Below, in pieces: positions 6,441 to 15,812 of a DNA stretch of 64,000 nt. A model generated the notes under the pieces. That model had not been told where the DNA came from. It saw only the letters and a list, made by a program, of their open reading frames with translations, and ran no database searches. A program made the position numbers and the translations under genes. The stretch lies in NCBI RefSeq assembly GCF_002087085.1, contig NZ_MWQY01000009.1, positions 124,001-188,000 on the forward strand, in the 5' to 3' direction. Numbering within the stretch: position 1 is the first letter of the stretch; each line of letters begins with the position of its first letter.

Positions 6441-8447
6441 ATGAGTAAACACGAAAGGGATCACAGAGAAGGATCCTCTGAGCTGGCAGTCCGCTTGATC
6501 CTGATTGCCCCTTTCAAGTCATTTGCCGATCGTTTTGAAGCCACGTTTCATGAGCATAATGCCAGGCACGTGAGCGCCCCCTATGAAATTTACAAGTACG
6601 ACCTGAATACCCTTATCGCCGAAGGAGCCGAAGAGATAAAATCCATAGACCTGGATTGCGATGTGGTTATTGCCCGGGGTTTTACCGCCGCGGATCTTGC
6701 AAGCCGCAATACCTATATTCCTGTTGTCGAGGTTGCCGTGGAGGCAACGGATATCCTCGACAGGATGGTAGAGGCCCGCCGTCTTTTTCCTGACAGCAAG
6801 ATCGCCGTTGTAGGGTCCTCCAACATGGTGATGGGGATCGAACGGATATCCACCTTAAGCGGAATCGAAGCCCGGGCTTTTACCTGTGAGGACAGGGAGG
6901 AGATCGAGAAAATCGTACATAATCTGGCCCGCAGCAATTACGGGGTCGTAATAGGCGGGGTACGGACCATTGACTATGCACGCAACATGGGGATGGAAGC
7001 TCTGCTGCTGGAATCCAGCAGAGAGGCTATGTGGCATGCCATTACCCAGGCAAAAAAGTACGCCTATATAAACCGCAAGGAACGGGAGCGCCGGCACAGT
7101 CTTTCCACGGTGCTGAACCAGACGAATGAGGGCATCATATTCCTGAACAGAGAACACAAAATCGACGTTTTTAATATGGCCGCCTCTCGTATTCTCGGGA
7201 TACAGTCGAACAGAGCCCTGGGAAAACGAATCGACCAGATCCTTCCCAGCCCCCAGTTCACCGGCTTTCTGAGCAACTCCAAGGTTCAGAAGGACGAGAT
7301 CATCGAGCTGAGCAAAGCCCGCCTCGCCATAAGCAAGAGTCCCGTCTACATACTGGGGGACCGAATCGGTACGGTAATTACATTTCAGGATGAAACCCAC
7401 ATCCAGCATCTCGAGAGCCGGGTCAGGGTCCATCAGCACGCCCATGGTCATGTGGCCAGACACACCTTTGATGATATTCTGGGCACAAGCCAGCCCATAC
7501 GATCCGCGGTCAGGATGGCAAAGCAGTACAGTCAGGTGGATTCTAACGTCATAATCACCGGACAGACCGGTACGGGAAAGGAGATTTTTGCCCAGAGTAT
7601 TCACAACCACAGTTCCCGCAGGGACGGCCCCTTCGTGGCCGTCAACTGCGCTGCCCTGCCGGAATCTCTTCTGGAGAGCGAACTCTTCGGATACGTTGAA
7701 GGGGCCTTCACCGGCGCGGCGAAGGGGGGCAAGGCGGGTCTGTTTGAACTGGCCCACCGGGGAACGATTTTTCTGGATGAGATTTCCGAGATGCCCCCCC
7801 TGCTCCAGGGACACCTGCTGCGGGTTGTTCAGGAAAAAGAGATACGGCGGCTGGGTCACGACCGGGTTATTCCCATCGACGTCCGGATAATCGCCGCTGC
7901 AAACCGCGATCTTGCAAGCCTGGTCAAGGCCGGCCAGTTCCGGAGCGATCTGTACTACCGTCTGCACATACTGCACCTTCATCTTCCGACCCTGGACGAA
8001 CGCAAAGACGACATACCTCTCATGGTGGAACACTGGGTGCGCTGGTACTCACGGGAGTTCGGTTTTTACGACGTGCGGGTTACCGAAGAAGCCAGACATG
8101 CCCTGGCAGCTTATTCATGGCCCGGAAATCTTCGTCAACTCATGGGAGTATGCGAACAGCTTGTGGTGCTGCATCAGAAAGATACCATCGATGCAGAAAG
8201 CGTGCATGCAGTAATGGGGGGAGATCATGGTGCCGGCATGAACAAGATTGCGCCGGATCCCGAGTCGATTGCTCCATCGGATATACGCGGATTCAAACCT
8301 GTCCTGCCCCAGGATAAGGAACACTTCGAGCGGGAAAAAATCCTGTCCGTACTCCAGCTTTGCGCCAACAATCGCACCCTGGCGGCACGCATGCTGGGAG
8401 TAAGCCGCACTACCCTCTGGAGGCATATGCAGAAGCTCGAGATCTGA
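6441..8447 (+). CDS. PrpR-like sigma54-dependent activator (PrpR_N, PAS, AAA+, Fis-HTH)
   Basis: GQTGTGKE, ESELFGY.EGAFTGA, FLDEI, WPGN.RQL and C-terminal AA.MLGVSRTTLWR. Start placed at ATG 6441 with GAGG RBS. Confidence 0.9.
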   Translation: MSKHERDHREGSSELAVRLILIAPFKSFADRFEATFHEHNARHVSAPYEIYKYDLNTLIAEGAEEIKSIDLDCDVVIARGFTAADLASRNTYIPVVEVAVEATDILDRMVEARRLFPDSKIAVVGSSNMVMGIERISTLSGIEARAFTCEDREEIEKIVHNLARSNYGVVIGGVRTIDYARNMGMEALLLESSREAMWHAITQAKKYAYINRKERERRHSLSTVLNQTNEGIIFLNREHKIDVFNMAASRILGIQSNRALGKRIDQILPSPQFTGFLSNSKVQKDEIIELSKARLAISKSPVYILGDRIGTVITFQDETHIQHLESRVRVHQHAHGHVARHTFDDILGTSQPIRSAVRMAKQYSQVDSNVIITGQTGTGKEIFAQSIHNHSSRRDGPFVAVNCAALPESLLESELFGYVEGAFTGAAKGGKAGLFELAHRGTIFLDEISEMPPLLQGHLLRVVQEKEIRRLGHDRVIPIDVRIIAAANRDLASLVKAGQFRSDLYYRLHILHLHLPTLDERKDDIPLMVEHWVRWYSREFGFYDVRVTEEARHALAAYSWPGNLRQLMGVCEQLVVLHQKDTIDAESVHAVMGGDHGAGMNKIAPDPESIAPSDIRGFKPVLPQDKEHFEREKILSVLQLCANNRTLAARMLGVSRTTLWRHMQKLEI

Positions 8448-8472
8448 CGCAGCCGGTGTTGTGCAGATCCTT

Positions 8473-8488
8473 TGGCATGGATATTGCA
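8473..8488 (+). promoter_or_regulatory. sigma54 (-24/-12) promoter of tctBA
   Basis: TGGCATGGATATTGCA, about 50 nt upstream of tctB. Confidence 0.75.
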
Positions 8489-8538
8489 TCTCTTGATGAC
8501 GTATCAATTCTATTGACAACCGCAAGGAGGTTTTCTTA

Positions 8539-9063
8539 ATGCTGGATTTCTTTCGTAAAAACAGGGATACCGCCCTGGGACTGATGTTCATCCTGCTGTC
8601 CATCGGGGTCTACATCGCGTCCTTTTCCATACGGGAGGTGGTGGACATCTCGGTGGGTCCGCGGTTTGTTCCACGCCTGGTGGCTGTCGCAATGGCGATA
8701 CTGGGTGCAGTTCTGATTGTGCAGAATATTATCATACGCCGAAAAATAGCAGAAAAGGTCGGGGAAGAACTGGCCGTGGAAGCTGTAACCGAGGATCCGG
8801 ATACCACCCCGGTGGACCAGATAGATCAGCGCGCGGTTCTTGGAACCATCCTGCTCCTTATTCTGTACGTATCCCTGATCTGGACCTTCGGCTTTGTCCC
8901 GATGACCATACTGTACCTGTTTTTCCAGTTCTGGGTACTTACCCCGAAGGACAAGCGTCGCTGGTGGCTCCTGATTCTGATCGCGGTGCTTGTTCCCCTG
9001 GGGATAAACTATCTGTTCGTTAACTGGTTCAGGCTGATGCTGCCTTCCGGAATGATCTGGTAG
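8539..9063 (+). CDS. tctB: Tripartite tricarboxylate transporter TctB
   Basis: About 4-5 TM segments, GP.F.P motif, C-terminal F...F...LP.G; directly upstream of tctA. Confidence 0.88.
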   Translation: MLDFFRKNRDTALGLMFILLSIGVYIASFSIREVVDISVGPRFVPRLVAVAMAILGAVLIVQNIIIRRKIAEKVGEELAVEAVTEDPDTTPVDQIDQRAVLGTILLLILYVSLIWTFGFVPMTILYLFFQFWVLTPKDKRRWWLLILIAVLVPLGINYLFVNWFRLMLPSGMIW

Positions 9064-9075
9064 AGGAGATTGAAT

Positions 9076-10596
9076 ATGCTGACCATGATTCTTAACGGTT
9101 TCAACGAAGTTCTCGCCCTGCAGCCGATGCTGCTGATCATTGGCGGTGTCGCCACGGGTATTATTTTCGGCGCGATTCCCGGTCTGACCGCTACCATGGC
9201 GGTTGCCCTCTGTCTGCCCCTTACCTTCGGCATGACCCCGATTTCCGGAATGTCCCTGCTTGTAGGGCTCTACATCGGAGGCGTCTCCGGAGGATTGATT
9301 TCCGCCATTCTCATCAACATTCCGGGGACCCCGTCCTCCATATCAACCACCTTCGACGGTGCCCCCATGGCACAGCGGGGACTGGCGGGCAAGGCTCTCG
9401 GCGCCGGAATGCTTTACTCCTTCCTGGGGGGACTCTTCAGTATTATCATACTCACCTTTGTATCCCCGCCTCTGGCCCGCTTTGCCCTGCGATTCGGTCC
9501 CTTTGAATACTTCGCCATCGCAATCTTTTCTCTTACCATGATTGCAACGGTAAGTGCCGGTTCCCTTATCAAGGGACTCCTGAGCGGTATGGTCGGAGTT
9601 CTACTTGCCACCGTCGGGGTGGCGCCCATCGACGCTTTTCCGCGCTTCACCTTCGGGCTGTATGAACTGTCCGGAGGGTTTAACCTGCTGCCGGTTCTGA
9701 TCGGTCTCTTCGCCATATCAGAAATCCTGAAAACTGCGGAGACGGCTATCAATCCCGATATAAAGGTGATTCAGAAGTACAAGGTCAAGGGCTTCGGCCT
9801 GTCCATGAAGGAGTTCCTGGGTCAGACAAAGAATTTTTTCCGTTCCAGTCTGATCGGTACAGGAATCGGTATTCTGCCGGGCATCGGCGGAGGAACCGCA
9901 AATATTATAGCCTATATCTCCGCCAAGAAGGCCTCGAAGCACCCGGAAAAGTTCGGGACCGGGGTTCTGGACGGCGTGGTGGCCTCCGAATCCGCCAATA
10001 ACGCCGCTGTCGGGGGTGCACTGATCCCCCTGATCACCCTGGGTATTCCCGGCGATACCGTAACCGCCATGCTCCTGGGCGGTCTGATGATCCACGGTCT
10101 TGCTCCGGGGCCCATGCTTTTTGTCACCAGCGGCAACGTCGTGTACGGTATTTTCGTCGCCCTCTTCATAGCCAATATAATCATGCTGGCCATGGAGTTC
10201 TACGGCATGCGTATTTTCGTGCGCCTCCTGGATATACCCAAGTACTACCTGCTTCCGGTAATCATGGCCCTCTGTGTTGTCGGGGCCTACGGCTTGAACA
10301 ACCGGGTCTTTGATGTCTGGTCCCTGGTCTTCTTCGGCCTCCTGGGATACGGGCTCCTGAAAACCGGTTTTCCTTTGCCCCCGGTCATTCTGGGCTTCAT
10401 TCTCGGACCCATCGCGGAGACCAATCTGCGCCGGGGATTGATGCTTTCAAAGGGAGATTTTACCCCTTTTCTGACACGACCCATAGCGGCGATCTTTCTT
10501 GGAATCACCGTAATTTCCATTGCCCTGTCCATTTACAATGAACAGCGCCGGGCCAGGCAGCGAATTGAAGAAGCTGCTCAGGAACTGCAGGAATAA
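9076..10596 (+). CDS. tctA: Tripartite tricarboxylate transporter TctA
   Basis: GAIPGL, NIPGTP, ESANNA..G..IP..TLGIPG and PGP.LF motifs; ATG 9076 after GAGGAG. Confidence 0.93.
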   Translation: MLTMILNGFNEVLALQPMLLIIGGVATGIIFGAIPGLTATMAVALCLPLTFGMTPISGMSLLVGLYIGGVSGGLISAILINIPGTPSSISTTFDGAPMAQRGLAGKALGAGMLYSFLGGLFSIIILTFVSPPLARFALRFGPFEYFAIAIFSLTMIATVSAGSLIKGLLSGMVGVLLATVGVAPIDAFPRFTFGLYELSGGFNLLPVLIGLFAISEILKTAETAINPDIKVIQKYKVKGFGLSMKEFLGQTKNFFRSSLIGTGIGILPGIGGGTANIIAYISAKKASKHPEKFGTGVLDGVVASESANNAAVGGALIPLITLGIPGDTVTAMLLGGLMIHGLAPGPMLFVTSGNVVYGIFVALFIANIIMLAMEFYGMRIFVRLLDIPKYYLLPVIMALCVVGAYGLNNRVFDVWSLVFFGLLGYGLLKTGFPLPPVILGFILGPIAETNLRRGLMLSKGDFTPFLTRPIAAIFLGITVISIALSIYNEQRRARQRIEEAAQELQE

Positions 10597-10620
10597 CAGT
10601 TCAGGGCCTGTATTGATCGA

Positions 10621-10657
10621 GGGTAGAGAATTCCCCCCGGAAATCTCTACCCATTTT
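10621..10657 (+). terminator. Hairpin/terminator after tctA
   Basis: GGGTAGAGA...TCTCTACCC followed by ATTTT. Confidence 0.55.
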
Positions 10658-10725
10658 AGTCCCGACGCCAGCCTTCACAGATATCCGCAAATCGTGAATA
10701 ATACCTCTGTATCGGAGGTAAAAAG

Positions 10726-11163
10726 ATGCCAACTGTCCAGGAATACCAGAAGCAGCGGATGCTTATACGAAAAAGCGACCCCAGGCGGGCCGACGTGCTC
10801 GGTCTGATCCTCGATACCGCCAAAAAGGCGGCAAAGGAAGAAAACCGGGAAACCACTGAGGCCGATTTTATCGCAGCAGTGAAGAAGCAGATCAAGGCCA
10901 TGGAAAAGACCGTGGAACTGGTGCAGGCAAACAATGGAGATACCAGCAGCCAGGTAGCTGAAATCGCCATAATGCGGGAGTATCTTCCTCCCATGATGAG
11001 CGAAAAGGAGCTGAACGCCGCAATTGACAGGATCCTGGCGGAATTCCCGGAAGAGGAACGGATTAAAAAGAACCAGGGAAAGTTCATGGGCAGACTTAAA
11101 GTCCTGGGAGATTCCGTCGACATGGGAATGGCAGCCAGGATTCTGTCTGGAAAACTCGGCTGA
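10726..11163 (+). CDS. GatB/YqeY domain protein
   Basis: 145 aa helical protein with E..I..EYLP..MSE.EL and GK.MG...DMG patterns. Confidence 0.82.
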   Translation: MPTVQEYQKQRMLIRKSDPRRADVLGLILDTAKKAAKEENRETTEADFIAAVKKQIKAMEKTVELVQANNGDTSSQVAEIAIMREYLPPMMSEKELNAAIDRILAEFPEEERIKKNQGKFMGRLKVLGDSVDMGMAARILSGKLG

Positions 11164-11274
11164 TTCATTACATGAAGAGATACCGGTTTTTTTCTTCGTT
11201 TTTTTTAAATTTCATATTTAAAATTCTTCAATTATAAAGTAGAATATATACTCAGAAATACGGCGGAATTAGAC

Positions 11275-12000
11275 ATGAGTTCACTAGATCAGAAAATTTT
11301 TCAGAAATTCGAAAAAGCCAGCCGGGCGGATACCATATACGAAATCATCAAGGACGGCATCCTGCAGGGGGTATGGAAGCCCGGGGACAAGATCGATGAC
11401 CAGGAACTGGCAAAGAGACTCGGGGTAAGCCGACTTTCGGTACGGGAAGCCCTGTCAAAATTTGTGGAAAACCTCATTATCGAAAAGCAGCACTGGAAAG
11501 GATACCAGGTACGTCAGCTCCAGTGGGAAGAGATCGAAGGGGTTATGGAGATCCGGGTAGCCCTTGAGAGCATTGCAATTGAGCATGTTGCACGGAATGT
11601 AACTCCAGAGCTCATTATAGAGCTGGAAGGAGCACTGGACCAGGCAGTCCGGGATATGGAAGCGGATGATCATGCAGCTTTCAGAGTCTCAGACTACACC
11701 TTTCATGAAATACTTCATCGGGAATGCGGTAACATCTGGATAACCAATATTATCAGCAATATCCGGGTCCTTATCGAGATAATCCGACAGATCTCCCAGG
11801 AGGAACATTTCCGGGATGTAGCTGCAGCGAGTATTGCCGAGCACAGGGCCGTACTGGACTGTCTCAGAAATGGGGACACCCGGGCTGCGGCAGAAACCCT
11901 GCGTCAGCATTTCCAGAAACACACCGAACGCGTACGGTCCGAGTATAAACAGCCTGAGACCGCTGAGCACACTGAGGATTACGCAGCGTCAGAAAAATAA
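11275..12000 (+). CDS. GntR-family (FCD) transcriptional regulator
   Basis: PGDKI...ELAKRLGVSR.SVREAL; FCD domain with FH..L and EH..V. Confidence 0.9.
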   Translation: MSSLDQKIFQKFEKASRADTIYEIIKDGILQGVWKPGDKIDDQELAKRLGVSRLSVREALSKFVENLIIEKQHWKGYQVRQLQWEEIEGVMEIRVALESIAIEHVARNVTPELIIELEGALDQAVRDMEADDHAAFRVSDYTFHEILHRECGNIWITNIISNIRVLIEIIRQISQEEHFRDVAAASIAEHRAVLDCLRNGDTRAAAETLRQHFQKHTERVRSEYKQPETAEHTEDYAASEK

Positions 12001-12024
12001 TAGTCTGGAAATAAGGAGTACTTG

Positions 12025-13113
12025 ATGAGCAGCATGAAGGGTCTCGTTACCTACCCTGATGGCGAGATCAAACTTACAGAGGTTCCCGTACCCCGGATCG
12101 GGGATAATATCTTTGCCCCCCGGGACGTACTGTGCGAAGTAGAATACTGCGGTATATGCGGAAGCGACATTCATAAGTGGCTTGCCGAGGACAAGGGAGA
12201 CATAAAGTATCCGCCCAACTCGGTTGTAAGCGGTCATGAGATTGTCTCTGTCGTGAAAGAGGTGGGAAGCGGGGTCACCCGCTTCAAACCCGGGGACCGG
12301 GTGGTCCACGAGATCGTAACCTTCTACTGCGGAGAATGCCCCGCCTGCCTCGAAGGCCGCTACAATATATGCAACACCATTCCCCCCATGCAGGGACGGG
12401 CCCACTTTATGACCGGGGGCGGTTTCGCAAGGTATGTTGTCTGGCCGGAACAGCAGCTCCACAGGCTTCCGGATTCAGTGGGCAGCAGGGAGGCTGTACT
12501 GATGGAACCCACCGCCGGCAGTATTCACAGCGTTATTACCCGCATGGGCATCAAGGCCGGGGAATCCGTTGCCATCCTGGGACCGGGAGCCAGAGGACTT
12601 CTGATGATGCAGGTCTGTAAAGCCATCGGTGCAGGTCCCATTATCATGACCGGCCTTACCCGGGACGAACCCTTCCGGCTGGCCATGGCGAAAAAGATGG
12701 GAGCCGACCGGGTCGTCAATGTGGAAAAAGAGGACATCCGGGAGGTGATCAGAGAGATGACCGGCGGGATCGGGGTCGACGCGGTACTGGAAAATACCGG
12801 GTCAGTGGAACCGATCGCCGAATCTCTGGATATCGTACGCAAGGGCGGCAAGGTTCTCTGGGCGGGAGGCGGAATCCGCGGCGGCATTGTTGCCCCGGTG
12901 GATACCTACAAGATCATTGTCAAGGAGATCGATGTAAAGGGAGAGATCTCGCAGATTCCCTACGACTGGAAAACAGCGATTCATCTGGTATCCACGGGAA
13001 AGATTGAACTTGCTCCCCTGGTTACCCACGATTTTATCCTGGACGACTGGCGAAAGGGTTTTGACCTGGCGGCTACCAGTGCAGAGTGCCTGCGGGTCGC
13101 CCTGAAACCCTGA
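12025..13113 (+). CDS. Zn-dependent medium-chain dehydrogenase (sorbitol/threonine DH-like)
   Basis: GICGSDIH, GHE, CGECPAC..G..N.C and G.G..GL motifs. Confidence 0.9.
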   Translation: MSSMKGLVTYPDGEIKLTEVPVPRIGDNIFAPRDVLCEVEYCGICGSDIHKWLAEDKGDIKYPPNSVVSGHEIVSVVKEVGSGVTRFKPGDRVVHEIVTFYCGECPACLEGRYNICNTIPPMQGRAHFMTGGGFARYVVWPEQQLHRLPDSVGSREAVLMEPTAGSIHSVITRMGIKAGESVAILGPGARGLLMMQVCKAIGAGPIIMTGLTRDEPFRLAMAKKMGADRVVNVEKEDIREVIREMTGGIGVDAVLENTGSVEPIAESLDIVRKGGKVLWAGGGIRGGIVAPVDTYKIIVKEIDVKGEISQIPYDWKTAIHLVSTGKIELAPLVTHDFILDDWRKGFDLAATSAECLRVALKP

Positions 13114-13136
13114 AATCCCGGGAGAGCAGTCAGCGA

Positions 13137-14405
13137 ATGAGTATAATACAGAGCCTGTTGAATCAGGTCCCGCTTCCCAGAATGGTCAGGGTCCGGCAGC
13201 ACTTCGAGCGACCGGTACTCTCCGATCCCGTGGGTGAATTCCTGTCCCGTTTTCGCAGCAGCTCTCTCCTCGAAAAGATCACCAGGGGTATGAGTATCGC
13301 CATTGCAGTGGGAAGCCGGGGTATCAGCAACCAGCCTGCCATTGTCAAAGCCCTGGTTTCCGAACTCAAATCCGCCGGGGCGGAGCCTTTCATTGTTCCC
13401 GCCATGGGTTCCCACGGAGGTGCCGTCGCGGAAGGTCAGAAGGCAATGCTCGAAGGTATGGGCTTTACCGAAGAGTATCTTGGCGTCCCCATCCGGGCGA
13501 CCATGGAAACGATCTGCCTCGGGGACGCAGGGCCTGATCTCCCCGCCTATATCGACAGATACGCCCACGAGGCCGATGGAATTGTCATTGTAAACCGCAT
13601 AAAACCCCACGTGGCTTTCCGGGGACCCTACGAGAGCGGACTGGCCAAGATGATCACCATCGGCCTGGGAAAACAGCGTGGCGCCGAGGTATGCCACAAT
13701 CTGGGATTCGGGAAAATGGCGGAGCACATTCCCGTGATTGCAGCCAGAATCCTGGAGGCGAGCAACATCCTCTTTGCCGTGGCTCTTCTTGAGAATGCCT
13801 ATCACGAAACCTGCCAGGTTGAGCCGATAGACGCAGAGGAGATCCTGAAAAAGGAACCGGCTCTTCAGGAAAGGGCCAAGGAGCTGGCACCGCGCCTTGC
13901 CTTCGACGAACTGGAAGTCCTGATTATGGACGAAATCGGCAAGGACATCAGCGGAACCGGTTTCGATACCAACGTGGTGGGCCGTTACCACACACCCTAT
14001 GTTACCGGAGGCCCCCGGATCGCCCGGGTGGCGGTACTGGATATTACCGACGTGAGCCACGGCAACGGAAACGGCCTTGGTATAGTGGACTTTACCACCC
14101 TGAGGGCCTTTAACAAGTTTCGCTTTGACCAGACCTACCCGAATTCCCTTACATCTACTGTACCGGCAAGCGTGAAGATTCCCATGGTACTGGAGAACGA
14201 CCGCCAAGTCTTTCAGGCAGCGATTCGCACCTGCAACCTGAGCCGCAAGGAAGATGCCAGAGTTGTCCGTATAAAGAATACCATCTCCATGGATGAGATA
14301 GAGATATCGGAAAACCTGCTTCCCAGTGCCCGGGAAAATCCCCTGCTGGAGATCGTATCCGCACCCTGTGAACTGTCCTTCGACGAAGAGGGGAACCTCT
14401 TCTAG
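13137..14405 (+). CDS. LarA-like (lactate racemase domain / DUF2088-type) protein
   Basis: AVGSRGI, PAMGSHGG, NRIKPH, SGL.KM..IGLGK and GK.ISG.G.D.NV.GR motifs. Confidence 0.7.
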   Translation: MSIIQSLLNQVPLPRMVRVRQHFERPVLSDPVGEFLSRFRSSSLLEKITRGMSIAIAVGSRGISNQPAIVKALVSELKSAGAEPFIVPAMGSHGGAVAEGQKAMLEGMGFTEEYLGVPIRATMETICLGDAGPDLPAYIDRYAHEADGIVIVNRIKPHVAFRGPYESGLAKMITIGLGKQRGAEVCHNLGFGKMAEHIPVIAARILEASNILFAVALLENAYHETCQVEPIDAEEILKKEPALQERAKELAPRLAFDELEVLIMDEIGKDISGTGFDTNVVGRYHTPYVTGGPRIARVAVLDITDVSHGNGNGLGIVDFTTLRAFNKFRFDQTYPNSLTSTVPASVKIPMVLENDRQVFQAAIRTCNLSRKEDARVVRIKNTISMDEIEISENLLPSARENPLLEIVSAPCELSFDEEGNLF

Positions 14406-14466
14406 TGTACGAGAAAGCAGACGTGCTTGCCGGGGTGCCTCCTTTACGCTACACTGCCGCCGGAAT

Positions 14467-15021
14467 ATGAAAGACTTTTTCAAGGACCTCATGGTCCTCT
14501 ACTCACTGTTCTTCAAAATCGGTCTCTTTTCCATCGGCGGCGGGTATGTAATGCTTCCGATGCTGCGCCTTGAACTTGTGGAAAAGCGCAAATGGGTGAA
14601 CGACCGGGAACTCCTGGATTACTACGCCATCGGACAGGCTACTCCGGGGATTATTGCCGTCAATACAGCCACCTTCGTGGGCTACACACGGCGCGGGATT
14701 CCCGGCGCCCTTGCATCGACGGCGGGCATGGTCAGCCCCTCGCTGATTATAATTCTGGCAATCGCGATCTTTATTCCCATGATGGAGACCATGCCCCTTT
14801 TCCAGAAGGCCTTCAGGGGAATACGGGTGGCCGTTTCGGTACTTCTTGTTTCGACCCTCATCTCCCTTACAAAAAAGGGCTGGAAATCCTGGATAGACGG
14901 CCTGCTCACCCTGGCGGCCTTCAGCGCGGTAGTCCTCCTGGGGGCCTCACCCTTTCCGGTGATTCTTGCAGCGGGATTTCTGGGACTTCTTTTACGCCGT
15001 CACAGGAGCGGCCTCCAATGA
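14467..15021 (+). CDS. chrA: Chromate transporter (short-chain CHR, first half)
   Basis: FFKIGLFSIGGGY and GQATPG..A.N.ATFVG motifs. Confidence 0.88.
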   Translation: MKDFFKDLMVLYSLFFKIGLFSIGGGYVMLPMLRLELVEKRKWVNDRELLDYYAIGQATPGIIAVNTATFVGYTRRGIPGALASTAGMVSPSLIIILAIAIFIPMMETMPLFQKAFRGIRVAVSVLLVSTLISLTKKGWKSWIDGLLTLAAFSAVVLLGASPFPVILAAGFLGLLLRRHRSGLQ

Positions 15022-15557
15022 GCTTCATCTCCCTTTTTATCACCTTTTTCAATATAGGGCTCTTTACCATCGGCGGAGGGCTGGCAAGTCTGCCCCTCCT
15101 CTACGAGGCGGTTGTGGACGGCGGCATGATCAGCCGCAACCTCTTTGTCGATATGCTGGCCATAAGCCAGTCGACCCCGGGACCCATAGGCATAAATATG
15201 GCCACCTTTGCCGGCTACCAGATCGCCGGGATTCCCGGAGGATTTGTCGCCACCCTGGGGATGGTAGCCCCGTCGCTGATTATAATCGTGCTCATTGCCG
15301 CCTGGTTTACCAACTTCTCGTCCCATCCCCTGGTACAGGATGTGATGGGGGGTATCCGTCCCGCGGCCCTCGGCCTTATAGCCTCGGCAGCCTGGTTTAT
15401 ATTCCGGGAAGCCCTTTTTATCCCGGGTACCGATATGCAGATCAGTCTCCCCGCTGCGGGTCTGTTTATTGCCCTGGCTGCTGCCTACAAGCTGAAACCC
15501 GCCACTCCGGTTGTCTATATTCTTGCCGGGGGTGTTCTGGGAATCTTTCTGTTCTGA
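15018..15557 (+). CDS. chrA: Chromate transporter (short-chain CHR, second half)
   Basis: FFNIGLFTIGGG and SQSTPGPIGINMATFAG motifs; ATGA overlap with the upstream gene. Confidence 0.88.
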   Translation: MSFISLFITFFNIGLFTIGGGLASLPLLYEAVVDGGMISRNLFVDMLAISQSTPGPIGINMATFAGYQIAGIPGGFVATLGMVAPSLIIIVLIAAWFTNFSSHPLVQDVMGGIRPAALGLIASAAWFIFREALFIPGTDMQISLPAAGLFIALAAAYKLKPATPVVYILAGGVLGIFLF

Positions 15558-15812
15558 ACCTGATGTCATCAGAAGCAGATACCCTATTGATTATTCCCGG
15601 CCGCCGGTGTAAAGTGCTGTTCAGACCTTCCCTTTGAGGGGAAGAGTTAAAAACGAATCTTAGCAGCACTTCCTGCTTCGCTATGGACGAAGCTTCAATC
15701 CTGGGTACATGGGTATATGTTTTTTGCCTCATGCTTATTGCTTTCGATTGTGTGTTAGGAATCGTTAGAAATACCGTCCGCTGATTTTCACGGACGACGC
15801 ACAGGCGGAAAC

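Noticed and set aside
11203..11223. TTTTAAAT-N5-ATTTAAAA inverted repeat upstream of gntR
   Set aside because: Lies in a very AT-rich tract where such symmetry arises by chance.
14467..15557. Linking the chromate transporters to the arsM cluster as a metal-resistance island
   Set aside because: They are 12 kb apart with unrelated genes between, there are no mobility signatures, and short-chain CHR pairs are common.
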